This document shows positions 14,937-24,918 of a stretch of 24,918 bases of DNA, in pieces; within the stretch, counting starts at the first letter, position 1, and each line of letters begins with the position of its first letter. The stretch spans positions 1-24,918 of the forward strand of contig JAZDLC010000067.1 in NCBI GenBank assembly GCA_043802345.1. The letters run 5' to 3'. Below the pieces are notes generated by a model. It was not told where the DNA came from and did no database searches. It saw nothing but the letters and a program-made list of their open reading frames with translations. Source of the stretch: Planctomycetota bacterium (lineage in GTDB: Bacteria; Planctomycetota; B15-G4; JADJEK01). Position numbers and translations under genes: made by a program.

Positions 14937-17768
14937 CTAGGACTCGGACCTCCCGAGAAGGTCATCGGTAAAGGACGCGAGGAGAGACTCCGGATTTTCC
15001 ACCCCCGGCACCAGGAACTCCGCCATGCGCCGGAAGAACGCCTGGTAGATCACCGCTTCCGGCCCGATCTCGCACTCCGCGGGAAGCGACCGCAGGACTC
15101 GCGCGCTGTAGCGTGGACTGGTCGCCACTCGCGGATCGAGCAGCAGCACGGCTCCTCGATCCTGTTCGCTCCGCACGACCCTTCCCGAGCCCTGCAGCAA
15201 GCGCACCATGGCCCGCGGCAGGGAGTACTCCAGGAATCCGTCCCGGCCCTCGCTCCGCAGTTGCTCCGCGCGGGCCAGATGGATCGGATCGGTCGGTGGC
15301 TCGAACGGGATTCTCTCCAGGATGGTGCAAAGCAGACCGGAGCCGCGCACATCCACTCCCTCGAAGAAAGCCCGCGCCCCGAGCAGCACGCAGCGGCCTT
15401 CCTGGCGAAAGCTCTCCAGCACTCGCGCCGCGCTGCCGTCAGGACCGGGACACAGGAGACGGACGGAACGTGCGGCCAGTCTTGCCTTCAGCAGATCCGC
15501 GACTCGCAACATGCGCGCCTTCGAGTTGAACAGCACCAGCGTGCGCCCGTTCAGCGCGCAGGCCACGACGAAGACCGACCTGGCCACGGCGCGGGCGGCG
15601 ATGCGCGGATCGCGCGCGAGCACGTTGCCGCCGCCCAGCGGCACGTAGAACCGGAGCGAGCGCTGGTAGTCGAACGGAGAGCCGAAAGCCAGCGGCTCGA
15701 TCCGCCGCTCCGGGTCGAGCCGGAAGAAGCCGGTCTGCGTCCCGAAGAACTCGAAGTTGTCCGCCACCCGCAGAGTGGCGGAAGTCAACACCGCAGAGAA
15801 GCAGGGCTCCAGCAGGCGAAGATGCAGCTCCTTCCCGACGTCCACGAAGGCCGCCCGCAGCGACCAGTGCGCCGGCCGCTTCGAGCCGGCCGGCCGCCAC
15901 TCGACCCATGTCACGAGACCGTCCGCGCCGTCGAGAATCTCATCCAGGACGGCGACGATCTCGTCAACGCGGTCAGCAATCCCGCTCAGCTCGCCGCGAA
16001 GTTCTCCCTGCGGAGGAAGGCCCGCCGCCAGCTTCGCCACTCCCGCGGCCAGTTCCCGGCACCTCGACCCGAACCGGGCAAAGAGGTTCCTGAGCGTGTC
16101 GAACTCCGGGTCTTCCCGAACCTGGCGGCCCAGCGCCAGCACCTGCCGGTCCTCTCCGTCGGCGGGCGCGGGGGCCGGGCACGCGCGCAGCAACCGTTCC
16201 ACGGCAAGGGTCAGGCCCGGCAGGGACTGAAGCAGCAGTTCGGCGCTCTCTTCCAGAATCCCCTCCAGCCGTTCCGAAACAGTCTCCCGGAACACTCCCT
16301 CTTCCATCTCCAGCGCGTCCGCGCGGCGCATCACGGCGCGGACGGAAGTGGCGGAATCGTCGCGATCGAGACGCGACAGGACGCCGCGAATCCCCGCCAG
16401 GGAGAGTTCCCTGCCGAATGCGTCGGTCGCGGTGTCGACCAGGTCGTGAGCCTCGTCGACGATCACGATCTCCGGTCGCTTGTGGGCCCGCGGCCAGTTG
16501 AGGAGCAAGGCGTGATTGGCGATCAGCAGGTGGGCTCCTCGCGCGCGCCGCCAGACCCTGGCGAAGAAGCAGCGCCCTCCATGGGAGCAGCTCCTCGCCG
16601 TCGGGGCATGCTCGCAGCGCAGCCTCTCGAGGAACCTGCGGGCGGGAGGAAGGCGGGACACGATCCAGGCCGAGATCTGCTCCAGATCGCCGTCCCCGCT
16701 CCGCTCGGCGAAGCGCCGGAAGAATGCCAGGGCCAGGAACTCCCGGGAATCGCCTCGCTCCTGGACGCTCCTGCTCAGACTCTCGAGACGGCGCAGGCAG
16801 AGGTAGTCTCCGCGCCCCTTGACCAGCGCGGCCCGGAACGAGAGTCCGAGGGCCTCCTTGAGGAGTGGCAGTTCCCGGCCGAAGAGCTGCGCCTGGAGAT
16901 TCTTGGTCTTCGTCGCGACCAGGGCGGGCAGCCCGTTTCTCACCGCGTAGAGCAGGACCGGCACCAGATACCCCAGCGACTTGCCGACGCCGGTGCCCAC
17001 CTCCGCCATGAGCGACCTGCCTTCATTCAGCGCGCTGGCCACTGACCGGGCCAGGGAGAGCTGCGCTTCCCTGCGCGCGTATCCCGGCACGGCGCGAGCG
17101 ATCGGACCATCCGGTGAGAACAGGTCGAGCAGCTCCTGGTCGAGCACCGGTTGCCGGAACGGTCTTTCATCGCCCCTTTCCTCGCCCAGCAGCGGATCCT
17201 CCGGCACCGCCTGCCGGGGTGTTGCGAGCGGCAGGTCCTCGAGCAGTCCGGCCAGCGGGCTTTCCGCCCGCCCAAGGTCGTACTTCAGCGCGAGCACCCC
17301 CTCCGGGTCGCGCTCCGCCGACAGGTCGGACCGCAGCGCCTCCACGAGGCCAAGCAGCGCCCGCGCCGTCGGGGCGGAACCTGTCTGGTCCGGACGGCCT
17401 TCCGGAGCGAGATCGAAGCGGCGGCGGAGCGCGGATGCCGAGTGATCGAACCACTCCGGGTGCACCAGATGGGAGAAGAGACGGATTTCCGCGGCGCCCG
17501 CCAGGGAAGGGAGCAGGCTGCGTTCCGCGCCCGGGGCGGACAGGAGCGGTTCGAGCCACTCGAGATCGAACACCAGCACGGGCCGGCCACGCACGAACCC
17601 CTCCAGCGCGAGCAGCCCTTCCATCGGATTGACCGCCTCAAGCGTGGTTTCAAACAGCTCGCCGCCCGCTCGGCCTCGGGTGCCACCGAGACAGGCACCA
17701 ATCCGCAGCCGCCATGAGCCCGGACCATCAGAGGCGCCTTCTCCCGGCGCCACTACCGCGAAGGCCAT
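14937..17768 (-). CDS. DinG/XPD-family ATP-dependent DNA helicase with about 225-aa N-terminal extension
   Basis: Walker A is GTGVGKSLGYLVP and the DEAH box is VIVDEAHDL. Four Cys (YLCLRRL, LRCEH, RSCSH, GRCFF) sit between Walker A and B, as in DinG/XPD 4Fe-4S helicases. The N-terminal extension keeps an FDLE motif that may be a degenerate DnaQ-like Exo I. The start overlaps the GT2 stop as TGATG. Confidence 0.85.
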   Translation of the reverse strand: MAFAVVAPGEGASDGPGSWRLRIGACLGGTRGRAGGELFETTLEAVNPMEGLLALEGFVRGRPVLVFDLEWLEPLLSAPGAERSLLPSLAGAAEIRLFSHLVHPEWFDHSASALRRRFDLAPEGRPDQTGSAPTARALLGLVEALRSDLSAERDPEGVLALKYDLGRAESPLAGLLEDLPLATPRQAVPEDPLLGEERGDERPFRQPVLDQELLDLFSPDGPIARAVPGYARREAQLSLARSVASALNEGRSLMAEVGTGVGKSLGYLVPVLLYAVRNGLPALVATKTKNLQAQLFGRELPLLKEALGLSFRAALVKGRGDYLCLRRLESLSRSVQERGDSREFLALAFFRRFAERSGDGDLEQISAWIVSRLPPARRFLERLRCEHAPTARSCSHGGRCFFARVWRRARGAHLLIANHALLLNWPRAHKRPEIVIVDEAHDLVDTATDAFGRELSLAGIRGVLSRLDRDDSATSVRAVMRRADALEMEEGVFRETVSERLEGILEESAELLLQSLPGLTLAVERLLRACPAPAPADGEDRQVLALGRQVREDPEFDTLRNLFARFGSRCRELAAGVAKLAAGLPPQGELRGELSGIADRVDEIVAVLDEILDGADGLVTWVEWRPAGSKRPAHWSLRAAFVDVGKELHLRLLEPCFSAVLTSATLRVADNFEFFGTQTGFFRLDPERRIEPLAFGSPFDYQRSLRFYVPLGGGNVLARDPRIAARAVARSVFVVACALNGRTLVLFNSKARMLRVADLLKARLAARSVRLLCPGPDGSAARVLESFRQEGRCVLLGARAFFEGVDVRGSGLLCTILERIPFEPPTDPIHLARAEQLRSEGRDGFLEYSLPRAMVRLLQGSGRVVRSEQDRGAVLLLDPRVATSPRYSARVLRSLPAECEIGPEAVIYQAFFRRMAEFLVPGVENPESLLASFTDDLLGRSES

Positions 17769-18526
17769 CAGTCCTTCTGCCCCGCCTTCGGTCGGCGCTC
17801 CCAGAGCTTGGCGTACTTCATGAAGACGTAGACCGCGCCCATCCAGGCCACGATGAAACCTCGCACCCCATCCAGGAAGCCGGCCTTCAGGAGGTACATC
17901 TTCAGGAACCGCAGCGGTGGCCGTGTGACCAGTCGGAAGAGGGAGCAGCGCTCGCCCGCCGCCACTCTCCGCTCCGCGATGATCGAGGTGTAGGAGTCGA
18001 TCTTCCGCAGGTGATGCGAGAGGTCCCGGTAGTTGTAGTGGGTCAGCTCTCCTGAGAGCCGCTCGACCGTTCCCTCCACACGGACGTGATCATGAGGGTC
18101 GGTTCCGGTCCAGCACCCCTGCCGGCGGTCGAACAGCCGCAGCCGCCACTCCGGCCACCAGCCACCATGGTCGATGTACCGGCCCAGATAGAAGGTGTGC
18201 CGGGCAACTTCGTATCCGGCGGCCCGGGGAGCCGCCAGCACGCGGGCGATCTCCAGAGCCAGCTGGGAGGACGCGCGCTCGTCCGCGTCGATGCAGAAGA
18301 CCCAGTCATGGGATGCCCGATCCACGGCCAGTTGTTTCTGTTGCACATGCCCCAGGAACTCCTGCTCGATCACCCTGGCCCCCGCCTTCCTCGCCAGTTC
18401 GACGGTCCTGTCAGTGGAGAGGGAATCGACGACGAGGATCTCGTCCGCGAACCCCAGCGTTTCGATGCACTCCGTGATGTGAGCCGCCTCGTTCCTCGCG
18501 ATGATGCATGCGCTGACCCGATTCAT
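17768..18526 (-). CDS. Family 2 glycosyltransferase (WaaE/KdtX-like, LPS-core type)
   Basis: The true start is ATG 18526 (MNRVSACIIARNEAAHITECIETLGFADEILVVDSLSTDRT...CIDADE). It is 252 aa and forms an ATGA overlap with the glcF stop. The first 240 residues of the track's 492-aa ORF are an Arg/Gly-rich read-through artefact. Confidence 0.8.
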   Translation of the reverse strand: MNRVSACIIARNEAAHITECIETLGFADEILVVDSLSTDRTVELARKAGARVIEQEFLGHVQQKQLAVDRASHDWVFCIDADERASSQLALEIARVLAAPRAAGYEVARHTFYLGRYIDHGGWWPEWRLRLFDRRQGCWTGTDPHDHVRVEGTVERLSGELTHYNYRDLSHHLRKIDSYTSIIAERRVAAGERCSLFRLVTRPPLRFLKMYLLKAGFLDGVRGFIVAWMGAVYVFMKYAKLWERRPKAGQKD

Positions 18527-19848
18527 CGCGGCCCCGTCGCGCGATCGAGCAGTTCCACGGGATGCAGGACTTCCACGTCCAGCCCGGCCCGCTGAATGCC
18601 GGCGCGCCACTGGAGGTTGCAGCCGGGATTGGCCGTGGCCAGGACCTTCGCGCCGCTCCTCTTCAGGTCGGCGATCCTCTGCTCGAGCAGCATGCCTGCT
18701 TCGCGAGGATGGAGGACGTTGAAGAGTCCGCCTGCTCCGCAGCAACGGTCGGGGCGATCCAGCGCGACCAGTCGCACCCCGGGAATCGCTGCCAGCATCT
18801 CCCTGGGCGCCGCGCGCACTCCCTGGGCGTGAGCCAGATGGCAGGCGTCCGCGTACGCCACGGTGAGCTCGCGGACCGATCCCGGCGGCCGAATGCCCTG
18901 CTCGACCAGAAACTCGGTCACGTCCTTGACCTTGCTGCCGAAATTGACGGCGCCCTGCACCTCTCCCTCGCTGATGCCGGACCCCTCTTCCAGCAGGCGT
19001 CCGTACTCCTTCATGGCGGCGCCGCACCCGGCCGAGTTGACCAGCACCGCGTCCACCGGGCCAAGTTCCGTGAAGGCGGAGATCGTCTTCCTGGCCAGGG
19101 AGCGGGCCCGGTCGAGAGCACCGAAGTGGGCCTGGAGGGCGCCGCAGCAGGTGCGTTTCCTTGGGATGACAACTTCGAAACCTTGATTCGCCAGAACCCG
19201 GACGGTGGCGCGGTTGATCCCGCCCAGCAGGAGCGGCGCCACACATCCTTCCAGCAGCGCGACCCGCCCCCTTCTGGTGCTCACCGCCTGCGTGACCGCC
19301 GGGAGGCGCCGTCGTTCCCTCCCTCCCGGAATCTCCGGCATCAGCGCGTCTCTCTGGTGGAGATCCTCCGAGACGTATTTCAGCACTCCGTACCGCCGCA
19401 GGATCCGGCGCAGCCCGGAGCGCTGGTAGAACGAAACCAGACGGGCCAGGGTGGAGAGCAGGAGCGGCCTGTGCACCACCTCCGAAAGCAGCAGCCGCCG
19501 GATCTTGCTTCCCATCGTGCTGGGCCGCGCTGGCTCCAGCACCTCCGACCGCACGAACTCCATCATCTCGCCGAAGCGCACGCCGGAGGGACAGACCGGC
19601 TCGCAGGCCCGGCAGACCAGGCAGAGGTCCAGGTCGCGAATCGCGCTCTGAGTCGGCTGTACCTCTCCCTCCGCGAGGCCGCGCATGAGGTAGACCCGTC
19701 CCCTCGGCCCGGCAGACTCCCTCGAGAGCAGCTCGTACGTCGGGCAGGCCGGCAAGCAGAGACCACAGTGCACGCAGTCCAGCGTCCTCTGGTACTGAAT
19801 CAGATCGGAAGCGGTCCGGATCGGCTTGCCCATCTCGGGAGCGCTCAT
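18523..19848 (-). CDS. glcF: Glycolate oxidase iron-sulfur subunit (GlcF-like, 2x[4Fe-4S] plus CCG domains)
   Basis: CVHCGLCLPACP and CLVCRACEPVCP ferredoxin motifs are followed by CCG-domain cysteines (CCGA, CHLAHA, CCGAGG). Its start overlaps the glcE stop. Confidence 0.8.
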   Translation of the reverse strand: MSAPEMGKPIRTASDLIQYQRTLDCVHCGLCLPACPTYELLSRESAGPRGRVYLMRGLAEGEVQPTQSAIRDLDLCLVCRACEPVCPSGVRFGEMMEFVRSEVLEPARPSTMGSKIRRLLLSEVVHRPLLLSTLARLVSFYQRSGLRRILRRYGVLKYVSEDLHQRDALMPEIPGGRERRRLPAVTQAVSTRRGRVALLEGCVAPLLLGGINRATVRVLANQGFEVVIPRKRTCCGALQAHFGALDRARSLARKTISAFTELGPVDAVLVNSAGCGAAMKEYGRLLEEGSGISEGEVQGAVNFGSKVKDVTEFLVEQGIRPPGSVRELTVAYADACHLAHAQGVRAAPREMLAAIPGVRLVALDRPDRCCGAGGLFNVLHPREAGMLLEQRIADLKRSGAKVLATANPGCNLQWRAGIQRAGLDVEVLHPVELLDRATGPR

Positions 19849-21191
19849 TCAGCCCCTCCGAAGAAGAGCCGCCCGGGGCTGAGCAGGTCGTCTGGATCGA
19901 GGGCCCGCTTTACCTCGCGGGCCGGCCCCTCCGCCTTGACATGACCGAAGAAGACATCCAGGTGACGCCGCCACTCGGGTGGAGCCGATTCCAGCTGCAG
20001 CCGGCGCGGACCGTTCACGCCCGCGAACCGGGTCAGCTCGCGCAGGAGCGTCTCCTCGGGAGGACGCGAGAAGCCCAGCCGCACCAGCCCCTGCAGCGGC
20101 TCCACAGAAACCACGGTCTCCTGGCCCGCTCCCGCGGCGAGGGCCACCAGCGACTCGATCGTTCCTCCCAAAACCGAACAGTCGCCCTGAAACGGCAGCA
20201 TCGCCAGCTGAATCACCGCGCCCTGGCGCTTCTCGTCGCACCCCGGGAGCAACTCCCGAATCCCGGTCCAGGCCAGCGACGCCTCATTCTGTTCCAGCTG
20301 GAGATCGAAGGTCCGTTCACACGATTCGAGCAGTCCCAGGCACTGCTTCAACGAAACCGCCACGCTCCTCTCGGTGCCATGGAAGCGGAGCGCCGCGACA
20401 AACTGCCCATCCGGATCTCCAGGCGCGAGCGGAACCTTCTGCCGGACCAGCGAGGCAGCATCGGCCAGGTGGAAGGAAACGGCGCTGGCGCCCGACCGGC
20501 GGAACAGAACCAGGAAGCGGTCGAACGGTTCCAGGTCGTCGAACCCCACCAGCAGGGTGGCATCTTTCTCCGGCAGGGGCCTGAGTCGGAGGTTGACCTC
20601 GCACAGCACGGCCAGGGCTCCCAGGCTTCCGTGGTACAGGCGGTGCAGATCGAACCCGGTGACGTTCTTGACCAGCCTCCCCCCGGACCGGCTCAGCCGC
20701 CCGTCCGGGTGGGCCGCGAGGGTTCCCAGCAGGAAGTCCTTCGCCCTGCCGTAGCCGACTCTCAGCGGCCCGGTCACTCCCGCGGCCACCACGCCGCCGA
20801 TGGTCGCCCGAGAGGTTCCGGCCGGGTCGAGCGGCAGCAACTGTCCCTGGTCGCGGACCGTCCCGATCAGATCCCTGAGCGGCGTTCCGGCCCGGGCCAC
20901 GAGCGTCTGATCGGCCACGTCATGCGCCACCACACCCTGCATCCTGGTCGTGATCAGCACCAGATCCACGGGCCGCGGCACATTGCCGAGGCGCTGGTGC
21001 TGGCCGCCGCCCCAGGGAATCACCTTCAGCCGCCGCTCGCGGGCCTGCCGCAGCAAGGCCGCGCACTGCTGTTCGTCCGCCGGCGCCACCGCGACCGCGG
21101 ATGACACTCCTAGCTCCCGGGCGATCTCGCCGTCCGCTCCCACCTCCCAGGCGGACTCAGCGCCGAGCAGTCGTTGAAAGAGCTCGATCAC
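19845..21191 (-). CDS. glcE: Glycolate oxidase FAD-binding subunit (GlcE-like)
   Basis: It has an FAD_binding_4-like N-terminal region (VIPWGGGQHQRLGN...) and sits between glcD and glcF with ATGA overlaps. The start may be internal to the called ORF. Confidence 0.7.
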   Translation of the reverse strand: MIELFQRLLGAESAWEVGADGEIARELGVSSAVAVAPADEQQCAALLRQARERRLKVIPWGGGQHQRLGNVPRPVDLVLITTRMQGVVAHDVADQTLVARAGTPLRDLIGTVRDQGQLLPLDPAGTSRATIGGVVAAGVTGPLRVGYGRAKDFLLGTLAAHPDGRLSRSGGRLVKNVTGFDLHRLYHGSLGALAVLCEVNLRLRPLPEKDATLLVGFDDLEPFDRFLVLFRRSGASAVSFHLADAASLVRQKVPLAPGDPDGQFVAALRFHGTERSVAVSLKQCLGLLESCERTFDLQLEQNEASLAWTGIRELLPGCDEKRQGAVIQLAMLPFQGDCSVLGGTIESLVALAAGAGQETVVSVEPLQGLVRLGFSRPPEETLLRELTRFAGVNGPRRLQLESAPPEWRRHLDVFFGHVKAEGPAREVKRALDPDDLLSPGRLFFGGAE

Positions 21192-22621
21192 GACGGCAAT
21201 GTCTCCCCCTCCGGCGCGGACCCGACCTCGCCCCTGGCGCAGCCGTGGCTCTCGGGCAGGACCTTGTTCGGGTTCAGCAGCGAATCGCGATTGAACGCGT
21301 CCCGCACCGCCCGCATCTTGTCGAGATCATCCTCGCTGAAGACGAGGCGCATGTAGTCCCGCTTCTCCACACCGATGCCATGTTCGCCGGACAGCGAGCC
21401 GCCCGCATCAATGCACACCTTCAGGATCTTGCCGCCCGCCTCGATCACCCGGCCAGTCTCTTCCAGATCGCGGCGGTCGTACGACACGTTGGGATGCAGA
21501 TTGCCGTCCCCCGCGTGGAGGATGTTCGTGAGGCGGATTCCGGCCTCCCGGCCGATCTCGATCACCTTTGCGAGCACCTCCGGCAGCCTGGACCTCGGCA
21601 CCACCGCGTCCTGGACGTAGAGATCTGGCGCCAGTCTCCCCATGGCGCCGAAGGCTCCCTTGCGCCCCTTCCAGAGCCGCAGGCGGTGCGCCTGGTCCCG
21701 GGCCCGCTCGATGGAGAGCGCGTCCAGCTGCCGGCACAACTCCTCGGTCCGGTCGGTCGCCTCGAGCACCTGTTCCTTCTGGCCGTCGAACTCGAGCAGC
21801 AGCACCGCGCCCGCCTCCTGCGGATAGCCGGCGGCAAAGACAGAAGCCTCCACCGCCTCGATGGTCAGCCGGTCGAGGATCTCCATCGTGGCCGGTTCGA
21901 GCCCGCTCGCGATGGTCCGGCAGACCGCCTCGCACGCCCGCGCCACGTCGGGGAAGGCAACGAGAAGGGTCTCCACTTTCTCGGGCAGCGGCGTGAGCAG
22001 CAAGGTCGCTTCCGTGACCACCGCACAGGTCCCTTCCGAGCCGACCAGAAGGCTGACCAGATCGAGCCCTGGCTCATCCGCGAGCGGCGACCCGAGTTCG
22101 ACGATCTCTCCATCCGGGAGCACGGCCTTGAGCGCCAGCACATGCCGTACGGTGGCGCCATACTTGAAGCAGTGCGGCCCACCCGCGTTCTCGGCCACGT
22201 TGCCGCCGATGGTGCAGACAATCTGGGAGGATGGATCGGGAGCAAAATGCAGCCCGGAACTCAAGGCCGCCACGGAGACCGCCGCGTTGCTCACGCCGCA
22301 CTCGACCCGCGCGAATCGATTGAAGGCGTCCACCTCGAGCACCCGGTTCATCCGGGCCGTCTCGATCGTCACGCCGCCGTGCGGGCAGAGCGCCCCGCCC
22401 GAGAGCCCGGTGCCCGCGCCTCTGGCCACGAACGGTATCCGCTCCCGCACCAGCACCTTGACGAGGCGGCTCACCTCATCCGTGGTGCGCGGCAGGACCA
22501 CCGCGGCCGGGCGGCTCCTCGCGTGGGTCAGGCCATCGCACTCGTAGACGAACGTCTCCTCCCTGGTGTGAAGGACATGCTCGGCGCCCACGATCTGCGC
22601 GAATTCAGAAAGAGGAATCAT
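21188..22621 (-). CDS. glcD: Glycolate oxidase subunit GlcD-like (FAD-linked oxidase)
   Basis: The true start is ATG 22621 (MIPLSEFAQIVGAEHVLHTREETFVYECDGLT...ARGAGTGLSGGAL...). It is 478 aa. The first 285 residues of the track's 762-aa ORF are an Arg/Gly/Pro-rich read-through artefact. Confidence 0.85.
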   Translation of the reverse strand: MIPLSEFAQIVGAEHVLHTREETFVYECDGLTHARSRPAAVVLPRTTDEVSRLVKVLVRERIPFVARGAGTGLSGGALCPHGGVTIETARMNRVLEVDAFNRFARVECGVSNAAVSVAALSSGLHFAPDPSSQIVCTIGGNVAENAGGPHCFKYGATVRHVLALKAVLPDGEIVELGSPLADEPGLDLVSLLVGSEGTCAVVTEATLLLTPLPEKVETLLVAFPDVARACEAVCRTIASGLEPATMEILDRLTIEAVEASVFAAGYPQEAGAVLLLEFDGQKEQVLEATDRTEELCRQLDALSIERARDQAHRLRLWKGRKGAFGAMGRLAPDLYVQDAVVPRSRLPEVLAKVIEIGREAGIRLTNILHAGDGNLHPNVSYDRRDLEETGRVIEAGGKILKVCIDAGGSLSGEHGIGVEKRDYMRLVFSEDDLDKMRAVRDAFNRDSLLNPNKVLPESHGCARGEVGSAPEGETLPS

Positions 22622-22644
22622 GCCTTGCGGGAAGCTCCAAGCTG

Positions 22645-24918
<2,274 letters not shown>

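Overview
This is a GC-rich (about 65-70%) bacterial chromosomal window. Many of the long ORFs in the supplied track are antisense or read-through artefacts, so I re-called true starts from the sequence. The coordinates below follow the ORF-track numbering; positions I read directly from the sequence lines (tRNA fragment, repeats, hairpin) may be off by 1 nt. Window content, left to right: (1) The right end of a probable integrative element. It starts with the C-terminal fragment of a tyrosine recombinase (2..247, + strand). A small zinc-ribbon ORF follows. Next is a three-gene, translationally coupled minus-strand cassette: a HEPN-like protein, an unknown 191-aa protein with an acidic C-terminal tail, and a SecB-like chaperone. 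I read this as a candidate toxin-antitoxin-chaperone (TAC) module with a HEPN-type toxin. The element appears to end at a truncated 3' fragment of tRNA-Leu(UAG) (about 2252..2312) that looks like an att-site remnant. (2) A putative Rpn/YhgA-like PD-(D/E)XK nuclease or transposase with a DUF4351-type C-terminus, then a repeat-rich intergenic region holding a small ORF with EYEY repeats. (3) Housekeeping genes: an nfeD-flotillin (yqiJ/yqiK-like) pair, a secreted Ser/Gly/Thr-rich protein, ispH, an RluA-family pseudouridine synthase, and rpmH (ribosomal protein L34), which the ORF track misses because it is under 60 aa. (4) A long minus-strand gene array, much of it joined by ATGA/GTGA/TGATG start-stop overlaps: acnA (5' partial), glcD-glcE-glcF, a family-2 glycosyltransferase, a 943-aa DinG/XPD-like helicase, a 403-aa Cys-cluster hypothetical, and a complete Pqi-like envelope lipid-transport operon with pqiA split into two half-size genes, then pqiB and pqiC. 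No CRISPR array and no rRNA gene were found.
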